Shown in pieces: positions 4,832-14,260 of a stretch of DNA of 64,000 nucleotides. The stretch spans positions 1,907 through 65,906 of the forward strand of contig JAZOUN010000115.1 of NCBI GenBank assembly GCA_045658165.1, read 5' to 3'. The DNA is from Acutalibacteraceae bacterium. GTDB lineage: Bacteria > Bacillota > Clostridia > Oscillospirales > Acutalibacteraceae. A program made the translations under genes and the position numbers. The number at the start of each line of letters is the position of its first letter. The first letter of the stretch is position 1. The notes beneath the pieces were generated by a model. It saw only the letters and a list, made by a program, of their open reading frames with translations. It did not search any database and had not been told where the DNA came from.

Positions 4832-7621
4832 ATGACTGATTTATTTATATCTCTTTTCAATATGAGTATAACGGCATCATGGCTCGTACTTGCGGTTGTT
4901 GCGGTGAGATTTTTTCTTAAAAAAACTCCCAAATGGATAAATACCGTGCTCTGGGCTTTTGTGGGATTCCGTCTTGTGTGTCCGTTCTCCTTTGAAAGCA
5001 TTTTCAGCCTTGTTCCGAGCACTGAAACCATTCCTCAGAATATTGTTAGCGGTCCGTCATTTGATGTAAATACAGGAATAAACGCTGTTGACAATCAGGT
5101 AAATGACTATCTCGGTTCACATTATTTTGAGGGTGTTACGGTTCCTTTGAATACGGGTTTTACGGCAGTGAGCATTTTTGCTCTTCTGTGGCTTCTGGGA
5201 ATGACAGCACTGATTATATATTCTGTTATAAGTTACGTACGGATTCACAGAAAAGTTACCGAAAGTGTATTACTTAACGGAAATGTGTACCTTTGCGATC
5301 ACATAGCCACGCCATTTATACTCGGAATTGTGAAGCCCCGTATTTTTCTTCCGTCGGGTATGGCTGAAAGTGACATTGAATATGTCATTGCCCATGAAAA
5401 TGCGCATCTAAAACGCCGTGACCACTGGTGGAAGCCTTTCGGTTTTGCAATTCTTACCGTTTATTGGTTCAATCCCATAATATGGCTTGCATATATCCTG
5501 CTTTGTAAGGATATTGAGTTGGCATGTGATGAAAAGGTCATAAAAGAAATGGGAACCGATATCAGAAAAGCTTATTCAGACGCTCTTATCAACTGCAGTA
5601 TTTCAAGACGGACTGTTTCAGCTTGTCCTCTTGCATTCGGAGAAACGGGAATAAAAAGCAGAATCAAATCTGTTCTCAGTTACAGAAAACCGACTGTATG
5701 GATTATTACGATTGCTGTTATTTCCTGCATTGTTGTTGCAGTTTGCTTCCTTACAAATCCGAAAAGCGAATTAAAAGAAAGCAATCCCGAGCTTGATGAA
5801 GCTGTTTCGCAGGCGATTTTCTATATTAATTCACAATATGATTATCATGATGAATGCATAACCGAAGGACATATTGTATATGGCATTGAGGAAAAAGGCA
5901 ATGAAGTCACAGTTTATCTTACAGAAAATCTTACAACATTCGGGTTTAAAAACGGTTATTTCATAGCGAAGTCAGGTCATCAGATACCTGCTGTATTCAC
6001 TTTTGAAAAATCTGAAAATAAATATAATCTTATAAACTACGAATACGCAAAAGACGGTTCAGAACACGTGGATTCAATAAAGAAAATGTTCCCTGCAGAA
6101 TACGAACACCGTGCATTGACTCCCACGGACGAAGACTACGAAAACATGTGGAATCAATGCGTAAATTACGCAGAGACTTATCTTAAGGAAATCGGCAGAG
6201 ATGCTGAGGTACGTGATTACAGTGATGTTGAACGTATATCACTTACCGATGCCGGTATATCCGTTGAAATCTCAAATATGCTTTATGAAAGCAAGTTGCC
6301 ATATGATATGGATATCGGCACTTTTGAAGAAATTGAAGAGGGTGTAAGATACATTTACCGTACAGTCTACGAAAAAGAAAAGAATCTGCTTGTGTTTACC
6401 CGTGAAGTTTATTCTACCGGTGCTGTAACGAGCAGAATTGAAATAAACACGCTGACAGGTGATGTTATTTCACAGAATGAATACACCTATAAAGTACCGG
6501 AAACAGAATACAGCGGTAAGTATGACGGCAGGTTTACAGAGAAATATGAACGGCTTGTTTATCTTGATTATGTAAAAGTGTCAGACGAAATCAGAAATGA
6601 ATATTCTGTAACAGCTTTGCATTATCCTGAAAGTGAAGATGGAAGTTCATCAATCCTTGTGGGTGAAGCATACGGTTATGATGTGGCACGTTTTCTTGAT
6701 AATGTATCATGGAAACAATGTTCCCCTCCCCTTTCGGAGCTGGCTTCTCCCGGTTCTGTGGAATTTGTGATTGATGAAGATTACAGACTGACCGTTTATG
6801 CGCGCCAAAAAGGTTCTGTGTTTGCCTATGCATTTATAAAAGCCGGAAACTTTGAAAGATATTACCGTATCGGTTATGATGCTTACGGAACTGTTGTGAC
6901 ACTTCTGCACTCTCCTGCCGAAATGTCCGCAAGCAGTATTGCACATTCTGTCGACTCATATTCATATTTTTCAGAGTATGACTCCTCTTATATTTCTCTT
7001 AATCCCGACACAAAAGATATCTTTTTCAGCATATCAAGACTCAGTGACTATATAGTTGACGGCACATATCAGGATTATGAAGATAAAATTGTAATTGTTG
7101 CGAATGACAAAGCGCATCATTACACTTTCCGCAAACAGGGTGAAGATCTTGTTTTTGTTGCCGATGAGTCATCTCCCATGCCCGGATACAGTTATCAGTC
7201 AGATTCCGAGCCTGAAGTCTGCATTCCCGCCGGTGCAGTATTTGAATTCAACGGTACTGAAAAAATGTACATTGACAAAATAACCGCTGATATTGATGAT
7301 GACGGCACAGATGAATACTGTGTCCTCGGATACGGCCCCACATCGGGACTTTTTACAATTACATTTACAGTTTATGAAAACGGCAAGGCTGAATATTTCA
7401 ATATATTCAACAGTGAAACCGACGGACTTTATTTCGGTTGGAATGAAAATGGTGAAGCTGTTTTAAGAGGAACAAAAATGGTGGCTTATGATAAGCTTGC
7501 CCATGAAGATGTTGAATACAGTATCGAGATAAAAGACGGAAATATCGTTCTTAAATCAGGTCTTGAAAAAATGGCATACTGGGGCGAACAAGGAATAAAC
7601 TCCCCTCATGCACCAAAATAA
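4832..7621 (+). CDS. M56 family (BlaR1-like) membrane metallopeptidase with a long non-PBP C-terminal extension
   Basis: N-terminal TM segments plus the zinc motif AHENAHLKRRDHWW (HExxH). The ATG at 4832 is preferred over the TTG at 4826 because of spacing to GAGGTGG. About 600 further residues lack an S-x-x-K penicillin-binding motif. Confidence 0.85.
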   Translation: MTDLFISLFNMSITASWLVLAVVAVRFFLKKTPKWINTVLWAFVGFRLVCPFSFESIFSLVPSTETIPQNIVSGPSFDVNTGINAVDNQVNDYLGSHYFEGVTVPLNTGFTAVSIFALLWLLGMTALIIYSVISYVRIHRKVTESVLLNGNVYLCDHIATPFILGIVKPRIFLPSGMAESDIEYVIAHENAHLKRRDHWWKPFGFAILTVYWFNPIIWLAYILLCKDIELACDEKVIKEMGTDIRKAYSDALINCSISRRTVSACPLAFGETGIKSRIKSVLSYRKPTVWIITIAVISCIVVAVCFLTNPKSELKESNPELDEAVSQAIFYINSQYDYHDECITEGHIVYGIEEKGNEVTVYLTENLTTFGFKNGYFIAKSGHQIPAVFTFEKSENKYNLINYEYAKDGSEHVDSIKKMFPAEYEHRALTPTDEDYENMWNQCVNYAETYLKEIGRDAEVRDYSDVERISLTDAGISVEISNMLYESKLPYDMDIGTFEEIEEGVRYIYRTVYEKEKNLLVFTREVYSTGAVTSRIEINTLTGDVISQNEYTYKVPETEYSGKYDGRFTEKYERLVYLDYVKVSDEIRNEYSVTALHYPESEDGSSSILVGEAYGYDVARFLDNVSWKQCSPPLSELASPGSVEFVIDEDYRLTVYARQKGSVFAYAFIKAGNFERYYRIGYDAYGTVVTLLHSPAEMSASSIAHSVDSYSYFSEYDSSYISLNPDTKDIFFSISRLSDYIVDGTYQDYEDKIVIVANDKAHHYTFRKQGEDLVFVADESSPMPGYSYQSDSEPEVCIPAGAVFEFNGTEKMYIDKITADIDDDGTDEYCVLGYGPTSGLFTITFTVYENGKAEYFNIFNSETDGLYFGWNENGEAVLRGTKMVAYDKLAHEDVEYSIEIKDGNIVLKSGLEKMAYWGEQGINSPHAPK

Positions 7622-7635
7622 TACCATACAACTGC

Positions 7636-7666
7636 AAAAACACCCGAAGCGTGATGTCTCGGGTGT
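7636..7666. terminator. hairpin between the convergent blaR1-like and rpoD genes
   Basis: acacccga (7640-7647) pairs with tcgggtgt (7659-7666). An A5 run precedes it on the + strand, which is the T-run for the - strand transcript. Confidence 0.55.
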
Positions 7667-7686
7667 TCTGATTATACAGATTTTAA

Positions 7687-8787
7687 TTAATCAAGGAAAT
7701 CCTTAAGCTTTTTGCTTCTCTGAGGATGACGGAGTTTTCTGAGAGCCTTTGCTTCAATCTGACGAATTCTTTCTCTTGTAACATTGAATTCGGCACCGAC
7801 TTCTTCAAGAGTTTTGGGATGACCGTCTTCAAGACCGAATCTGAGAGTAAGAACCTTTGCTTCTCTGGGAGTGAGAGTTTTAAGAACAGAATTGAGAGCT
7901 TCTTTAAGAAGAAGCTGTGACGCAGCGTCTGCGGGAGCGAGTGCATCTTCATCGGGAATAAAGTCGCCAAGATGGCTGTCTTCTTCCTCACCGATAGGAG
8001 TTTCAAGTGAAACAGGTTCCTGTGCCACGCGAAGGATTTCACGAACCTTTTCAACACTCATGCCGAGTTCTGCAGCGATTTCTTCAGCTGTCGGTTCTCT
8101 GCCGTTCTTGTGAAGAAGAAGGCTGTTTGTCTTCTTGACTTTATTGATTGTTTCAACCATATGAACGGGAATACGGATAGTTCTTGCCTGGTCTGCAATA
8201 GCTCTTGTAATAGCCTGTCTTATCCACCATGTAGCGTATGTTGAGAATTTGAAACCTTTTGTATAGTCGAACTTTTCAACAGCCTTGATAAGACCGAGGT
8301 TACCTTCCTGAATAAGATCAAGGAACTGCATACCTCTGCCGCCGTAACGCTTTGCGATACTTACAACAAGACGAAGGTTTGCTTCTTCAAGACGTCTTTT
8401 TGCAACGGGATCATCATGAGCTATTCTCATAGCAAGGTCAATTTCTTCTTCTGCTGTAAGAAGAGGTACCTTACCGATTTCTTTAAGATAAACCTTAACA
8501 GGATCATCCATCTGGATGTTTTTAGCGTCAGAATCATCAACTTCGATTTCTGCTGACTTACCGATATCACTGTCATCAAAATCAAGAACATCGATCATTG
8601 CATCTGTCATATCGTCAACGATTTCAATGTTGTTTGTTTCAACCTGCTCATAGAACTTGTCCAGTTCTTCGATATCAAAGTCAATCTCAAGTATTGCAGA
8701 ATCGATTTCCTGAGTAGTAAGCTTACCTGTCTGCTTACCCTTTTCTATAAGTCGGCTGAATACATTTTTCTTTTCTGTGTTTTCCAT
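7687..8787 (-). CDS. rpoD: RNA polymerase primary sigma factor (SigA/RpoD)
   Basis: 366 aa with conserved regions 2-4 ([27 protein letters not shown]; [18 protein letters not shown]). Classic position downstream of dnaG. Confidence 0.95.
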
Positions 8788-8806
8788 ATCTTTCCACCTG
8801 TCTTAT

Positions 8807-10555
8807 TTATTCTTCCTTTTTCTGAAACTGAGAAAACCACTCATCATCAGTCATTCCTGCCGGATTTTTGGTTTCCCGTTCACGTTTTTCATCCTTCATT
8901 CGTTTTATACAGTCAAGACATTCCTGAACTGTATTTCCGAGTTTCTCTCTCATTGCCTCAAGCCTTACAAGATACCCTATCTCTTCATCAGACAGTTCCG
9001 AAGCGAAATATGTAATCTCAACCGGTCTGTGCTGCTGAATATGACTTGCAATGACACTGTAAATTCTACGGTTCAGATCAGTTGCAAAATCATCACTACT
9101 CAATTTTTCTTTGATTTTTGAATAAAAATCAGGATTGTGAAGCAGTGATGCAATAAGCGTTTCTTCCGCCTTTGCTGCAATAAGATTCTGCTGACGTTCG
9201 GGATTTACTTTTTTAAGTGAATCATCATTGAAAGTTGCTGCCTTAGCAAAATTATCTTTCGTTTCACGACGGGCTTTCTGTTTTGCTTTCTTTTCAATCT
9301 GAATAACGATTGCTTCTTTTGAAACACCCAGCTGTGATGAAAGTTTTGATGCATAAACATCCCAATGAATAGGATTACGCACCTTTGACAACACTTCTAC
9401 CGCTTTTTCCAGGTAGGCAACCTTTCCGTCGGATGATTGCAGATCAAACCCCTGCTGTGCTCTCTGAAGATCAAATTCAACATCACCAACAGCAGATGAG
9501 AGAATCTGACGCATTTTATCCTTACCGTATTTTTTTATAATTTCGTCAGGATCTTTTCCGCCCTGCAGTTTTGCAACTCTTATTCTGAGAGGTGTTTTTG
9601 ACAAAATTCCGATAGCCTTACGTGTAGCATTCTGTCCTGCTTCGTCGCTGTCATACGACAATATAACTTCTTCGGCATATTTTGACAAAAGTTTTGCCTG
9701 CTCAGGTGTAAAAGCTGTACCAAGACCTGCAACGGCATTTTCAAACCCTGCCTGATGATAAGCTATAACATCCATATAACCCTCACAAAGTATAAGGGTT
9801 TTATCTGTTCCTCTTTTTGCAAAGTTCAGGGCAAACACTCCCTGACTTTTTTTATAAACCAGAGTATCTGAGGTATTAACATACTTTGGTTTTGAATCGT
9901 CAAGAACTCTGCCCCCGAAAGCTATAACACTTCCCTTTACATCAATAATGGGAAACATTGCTCTGTTTCGGAATGTATCAATCACATAGCCTTTCTGCGT
10001 CTTTTTCGCAAGGTCGGCAGCAATGAGTTCCTGCTCGGAAAATCCCTTGGATTTCATATGTTTTATAAGCGAATTCCAGTTATCGGGTGCGTACCCAAGA
10101 CCGAAATGCCGTATTGTTTCCGGTGAAAGACCTCGGTCAAGGAAATAATCAAGTCCCGTCTTTCCTTCCGGCTTAAAAAGATTCGCATGAAAGAATTTTG
10201 CCGCTTCACGGTTTGCATCATACATACGTCTTTTCATTTTGGCAATACTGTCATCATACCCGTCTGCCGGAAGAGCAAGTCCTGAACGCTCTGCAAGAAC
10301 CGTTACGGCTTCACCGTAATCAAGATTTTCGATATTCTTGATAAAGGTTATTGCATCACCGCCTGAACCGCAGCCGAAACAATAATATGACTGAGTATTT
10401 ATATAAACAGTGAACGACGGTGTTTTTTCATTATGAAACGGACACAATCCCGTTGCAAGAGGTCCTCTTACACGCAGATCCACATAAGGAGAAATAACGT
10501 CTACAATATCGTTTCTGTCTCTTACTTCAGCTAAAAACTCATCACTGAAACGCAT
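8807..10555 (-). CDS. dnaG: DNA primase
   Basis: 582 aa with an N-terminal zinc finger (CPFHNEKTPSF...CFGCG) and a TOPRIM region (EGYMDVI...DSDEAG). Confidence 0.95.
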   Translation of the reverse strand: MRFSDEFLAEVRDRNDIVDVISPYVDLRVRGPLATGLCPFHNEKTPSFTVYINTQSYYCFGCGSGGDAITFIKNIENLDYGEAVTVLAERSGLALPADGYDDSIAKMKRRMYDANREAAKFFHANLFKPEGKTGLDYFLDRGLSPETIRHFGLGYAPDNWNSLIKHMKSKGFSEQELIAADLAKKTQKGYVIDTFRNRAMFPIIDVKGSVIAFGGRVLDDSKPKYVNTSDTLVYKKSQGVFALNFAKRGTDKTLILCEGYMDVIAYHQAGFENAVAGLGTAFTPEQAKLLSKYAEEVILSYDSDEAGQNATRKAIGILSKTPLRIRVAKLQGGKDPDEIIKKYGKDKMRQILSSAVGDVEFDLQRAQQGFDLQSSDGKVAYLEKAVEVLSKVRNPIHWDVYASKLSSQLGVSKEAIVIQIEKKAKQKARRETKDNFAKAATFNDDSLKKVNPERQQNLIAAKAEETLIASLLHNPDFYSKIKEKLSSDDFATDLNRRIYSVIASHIQQHRPVEITYFASELSDEEIGYLVRLEAMREKLGNTVQECLDCIKRMKDEKRERETKNPAGMTDDEWFSQFQKKEE

Positions 10556-10627
10556 ATATTCTCCCCCTTTATTTATTATATACTCTTTTTAACACTAAAA
10601 TCCTTTATTTTTCTGAAATTATTTTTT

Positions 10628-11251
10628 TTATTCAATTTCAGCGTATTTTTCACATAACTTGACAGAAGAAAACTTTCCTAAACTGAGATCCACAAGTTTT
10701 GCTTCAAAAAGCGGTTCATTTGCTTTCGGAAGATAAAATACAACCGTTACATTTTCCCCGAAATCTGTCTGCTCGGTAATTCCGCCGAATTCGGGAACGA
10801 GTGATGCAAGTCTGCCGTAAAAATTATAATCACATGTTACGCTCAATACCGAACATACACTCATTTTTATAATTCCTGCAGCTTCCACGGCAATTTTTGA
10901 TGTGTGGGAATATGCTCTTACAAGTCCTCCCGCACCAAGCAGAACACCGCCGAAATATCTTGTGGCAACAACAACGCAATCGGTTATATTTTCTTTAAGC
11001 AGAACATCAAGAACCGGTACGCCTGCCGTTCCGGAGGGTTCTCCGTCGTCGGAATAACGTCTTGACTGCCCCTGGCGGAGAACATATGCGTAAACATTGT
11101 GGGTTGCGTCCCAATGCTTACTTCTTATGGTATTGATAAAATCCATTGCCTCTTCCTGCGTTGTAACAGGCTTTGCGTAGCCGATGAATCGGGAACGCTT
11201 TTCAATGAACTCATCACTTGACTCTTTTTTTAATGTAAGATAATCTGACAT
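10628..11251 (-). CDS. yigZ: YigZ/IMPACT family protein
   Basis: 207 aa with KRSRFIGY and DDGEPSGTAGVPVL motifs. Confidence 0.85.
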   Translation of the reverse strand: MSDYLTLKKESSDEFIEKRSRFIGYAKPVTTQEEAMDFINTIRSKHWDATHNVYAYVLRQGQSRRYSDDGEPSGTAGVPVLDVLLKENITDCVVVATRYFGGVLLGAGGLVRAYSHTSKIAVEAAGIIKMSVCSVLSVTCDYNFYGRLASLVPEFGGITEQTDFGENVTVVFYLPKANEPLFEAKLVDLSLGKFSSVKLCEKYAEIE

Positions 11252-11323
11252 AAGTTCTCCTTGTGAATCAGGATATGACAGAAACTTGCTGACATATCAT
11301 TCTTTATCTTTCTTCTGCAACGA

Positions 11324-11349
11324 CAAAAAACGGCACTGACATAGTGCCG
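11324..11349 (-). terminator. intrinsic terminator after rpmE
   Basis: - strand reads CGGCACTatgtcAGTGCCG followed by T7 (+ strand A-run 11324-11330). Confidence 0.7.
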
Positions 11350-11367
11350 CTTCGCAATTTTAATAAA

Positions 11368-11571
11368 TTACTTATCAAGATTATAACGCTTCTTGAATCT
11401 GTCAACACGTCCGCCTGTATCAACAAGCTTCTGCTTACCTGTGAAGAACGGATGGCACTTTGAACAGATATCAACACGAAGATCTTCTTTTGATGAGCCT
11501 GTTTCATATACAGCACCGCAAGCGCACTTTATCTGAGTCTGCTTATAGTTAGGATGAATACCCTCTTTCAT
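11368..11571 (-). CDS. rpmE: 50S ribosomal protein L31
   Basis: 67 aa, MKEGIHPNY...[13 protein letters not shown]. Confidence 0.95.
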
Positions 11572-11752
11572 TACGATTCACCTCTTTCAATCATTTACAT
11601 AACGCAAGTATTGTATCACAACTATTCAAGAAATGCAACAATTATTTTAAATTTTTTTTCTTTTTTTTCACCTGTTTTTTTACTTTTTTCTATTAAAGAT
11701 TTATTCACTTTCTGTTTATACAAAAGTATGCACAGATTTAACAAAAAAATTG

Positions 11753-11781
11753 TTGACAAATAACAAATTACATAGTATACT
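11753..11781 (+). promoter_or_regulatory. sigma-A type promoter
   Basis: TTGACA (11753-11758), 17-nt spacer, TATACT (11776-11781). Confidence 0.5.
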
Positions 11782-11817
11782 ATGTTTTGTATACTGACGA
11801 ATTATAAGAGGTTTTTC

Positions 11818-12402
11818 ATGGCTGATAAGGAAAAAATCAGTAATTTTACAGTTTTTTCAAATGAAGAGCTTGTTTCTCTGATAAGAAAAGGTTATTCAAA
11901 AGCATTTGATGAACTGGCAAACAGATTCAGCGGTACAGTTTCTGTTCTTGCAAAAAATTATTATTCACAATCCCTTACACATGAAGACTGGTTTCAGGAA
12001 GGTATGACAGGATTCATTCTTGCTGTACGCACCTTTGACGAAAACAAAGAAGCTTCTTTTTCCACATACGCTTCTGTCTGCATAACAAACAAACTCCGTT
12101 CCGTATGGAAAAAGGCAAAAAACTCCCCGGACCTGTCCCTTAGTGATTCCGTTATTCTTGACGATACACAGCTCCCTTCCGAGAAATCTCCGGAAGAAGA
12201 TTATATAGAACATGAAAGTTACCGTTTTTTAACAGAGAATTTTTTCAGTAAACTTTCAGAAACCGAAAAAAAAGTTATAATATGCTATCTTGCAAACTTC
12301 AGCTATTCGGAAACGGCCGAAAAGCTGAATATGACAGAAAAATCGGTTGACAATGCTCTTTGCAGAGCAAAAGCAAAAATAAAAAAAGCGGTAAAAAAGT
12401 AA
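11818..12402 (+). CDS. sigma-70 family RNA polymerase sigma factor (SigH-like layout)
   Basis: ORF track gives 11782..12402. The ATG at 11818 follows AAGAGG. Region 2 (EDWFQEGMTGFILAVRTFDENKEASFSTYASVCITNKL) and a region 4 HTH (YSETAEKLNMTEKSVDNALCRAK) are present. Confidence 0.8.
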   Translation: MADKEKISNFTVFSNEELVSLIRKGYSKAFDELANRFSGTVSVLAKNYYSQSLTHEDWFQEGMTGFILAVRTFDENKEASFSTYASVCITNKLRSVWKKAKNSPDLSLSDSVILDDTQLPSEKSPEEDYIEHESYRFLTENFFSKLSETEKKVIICYLANFSYSETAEKLNMTEKSVDNALCRAKAKIKKAVKK

Positions 12403-12486
12403 ACTGTCCACATAATGTGGTGGTTATAAATGCCTACACTTCCTAAAAAAAGAACGGCAAATAAAATAAGCGAGGTACTGATTTTT

Positions 12487-12765
12487 ATGTACGAAGACAA
12501 AACTTTAATCTGCAAAGATTGCGGAAACGAATTCGTTTTCACCGCAGGTGAGCAGGAATTCTATGCTGAAAAGGGCTTTGAAAATGAGCCTCAGCGTTGT
12601 AAGGAATGCCGCCAGGCACGCAAGGCAGGCAGAAACGGCGAACGCAAATTCTACACAGCAATTTGTAGAGAATGCGGTGCAGAAGCAAAAGTTCCCTTTG
12701 AACCCAAGAGCGACAGAGGTGTTCTTTGCTCAGCTTGTTTTGAAAAATCCAAGTCTGCAGAATAA
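12487..12765 (+). CDS. zinc-ribbon domain protein (two CxxC...CxxC units)
   Basis: ORF track gives 12430..12765. The ATG at 12487 follows GAGG. Motifs: CKDCG...CKEC and CRECG...CSAC. Confidence 0.7.
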   Translation: MYEDKTLICKDCGNEFVFTAGEQEFYAEKGFENEPQRCKECRQARKAGRNGERKFYTAICRECGAEAKVPFEPKSDRGVLCSACFEKSKSAE

Positions 12766-12777
12766 TTAAACATAAAC

Positions 12778-12810
12778 ACAAAACGGTCACCTGTCGGTGA
12801 CCGTTTTTGT
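12778..12810. terminator. bidirectional intrinsic terminator
   Basis: acggtcacc (12783-12791) pairs with ggtgaccgt (12796-12804). It is flanked by an A-run and a T-run and lies between convergent genes. Confidence 0.75.
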
Positions 12811-12814
12811 ATTA

Positions 12815-14227
12815 TTATTTTTTCCTCTTTTTTTGAGAAACGTAAACTTCACTTGCTGATTTTAAAAGTGCAATACGTTCGTCTTCTCTTAAATCAGAAA
12901 TTTTTTCTATCAGTTCTCGTTTTTCTCTGTACTTCTGAAGATTCAGTTTTGTTGCAGACTCTTCCCACAGAGTATCATAATCACTATAAATAATCTGATA
13001 CAGCTTTTTCTCAGGATCCCTGACATCAAGAGAAAAAAAGTTGTTTGCCGTAATTCTGCTTTCATCGCGCTCAAGACAATGCAGATACGGTCCGGTAATA
13101 AATCTGTTATCCACCTTATATGTATCACTGAAAAGCGGTTTTTCGGAAAAATGCACCTCAAGACTCAACCCGTATTTATCAACGCACATAAGAAGGTCAT
13201 CAATAATTCGTATATAATTCATTGTGACACTCTCAATACCATACGTAAGCTGATATGCCGTTGACCAGGGCGGAGTTGCCAATATTCGGATTTTCATATG
13301 TCCGCTTCTCTTACATGCAAGAACCAGCGCATGTCGGAAAGACTTACTGCTTGACATAATAAGACGGCAACCGGAAATCCATATTTCTTCACGGCATTTC
13401 GGTATAATTTCTTCAAGCATTTCATTTTTATTGAATTGCAGATTTTCAATACCGAAGCTTTTCAGTTTATTTATAAATGAATCATTTTTTGATTCTCTGA
13501 TTTTTAAAACAGTATCAGAAACAAGACACAAACCGGATGCCATAAGGGACGTCGCAACAGCAAGAGCAAATTCACTACCCATTTGTGAGTTTGCGCTTAA
13601 CCACGCAAAAACAAAAATTATTGTAGCAAGCAACAGAATCAGAAAAAATACAAAATTTCCCCACAACTTATACTGATTAATATATTGTTTTATTGTGGGT
13701 TTGCGGGGATCACACCTGTAATAAACCGTATCAATATTCTCTCCACGATCATTATTGAGATAACAATGCTCATGAAATCCAATTGCTCTCAGTATACGTA
13801 TATGAGAATCATTTGTAGACCATGTCCTGGTAAATAGAAAATGATGAGCAAATTTTTTCATAAGCTTTGAATAAAACATTCCTGCAATACCTTTATTACG
13901 ATACTGAGGATGAACAATTATTGTTGTGATATATATATTCGGAGAATATTCTTCTGATATATGTTCACAAACATAGTTCTCACGAAAAGACATAAATCCC
14001 ACAACTTTATGATTCTCAATAGCAAGAATTGCCTGCTGAGACGAAATTGCATTAAAATATTCCTCGGGAATCTGCATTTCCGTTTTTTCAACATCAAGAT
14101 CCGTCTGGGTTGTGGATATTCTGTCTGACAACTTGGGAACAAACTCGTTATCACATAAAATCAATAAATTCTTAATATCATTAAGATAATTTTCGTTTGT
14201 AACTTTTGAATAATGTTTAATTTTCAT
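12815..14227 (-). CDS. GNAT acetyltransferase domain - 2 TM helices - C-terminal PLD-like domain lacking the catalytic His
   Basis: 470 aa:
- GNAT motif A: HPQYRNKGIAGMFYSKLMKKF
- hydrophobic segments: WGNFVFFLILLLATIIFVFAWL and FALAVATSLMASGLCLV
- C-terminal segments resembling PLD-fold strands: GHMKIRILATPP and TYKVDNRFITGPY, with Tyr where HKD enzymes have His

SD AGGTG is present. Confidence 0.7.
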   Translation of the reverse strand: MKIKHYSKVTNENYLNDIKNLLILCDNEFVPKLSDRISTTQTDLDVEKTEMQIPEEYFNAISSQQAILAIENHKVVGFMSFRENYVCEHISEEYSPNIYITTIIVHPQYRNKGIAGMFYSKLMKKFAHHFLFTRTWSTNDSHIRILRAIGFHEHCYLNNDRGENIDTVYYRCDPRKPTIKQYINQYKLWGNFVFFLILLLATIIFVFAWLSANSQMGSEFALAVATSLMASGLCLVSDTVLKIRESKNDSFINKLKSFGIENLQFNKNEMLEEIIPKCREEIWISGCRLIMSSSKSFRHALVLACKRSGHMKIRILATPPWSTAYQLTYGIESVTMNYIRIIDDLLMCVDKYGLSLEVHFSEKPLFSDTYKVDNRFITGPYLHCLERDESRITANNFFSLDVRDPEKKLYQIIYSDYDTLWEESATKLNLQKYREKRELIEKISDLREDERIALLKSASEVYVSQKKRKK

Positions 14228-14260
14228 ATAAACACCTATTATAAAAACAACTTTCCCTCA

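Noticed and set aside
7683-8113. ORFs antisense to or overlapping rpoD (7683-8057 -, 7726-7920 +, 7871-8113 +). Similar shadow ORFs lie inside dnaG, hflX, nadB (18378-18818 -), proA/proB (54748-55395 +, 215 aa), the DUF45 gene (35867-36412 +, 181 aa), the cohesin-like gene (21514-21927 +) and others.
   Set aside because: Each lies entirely within a confidently identified gene in another frame or on the other strand. They have low-complexity or biased composition and no RBS. These are typical shadow ORFs.
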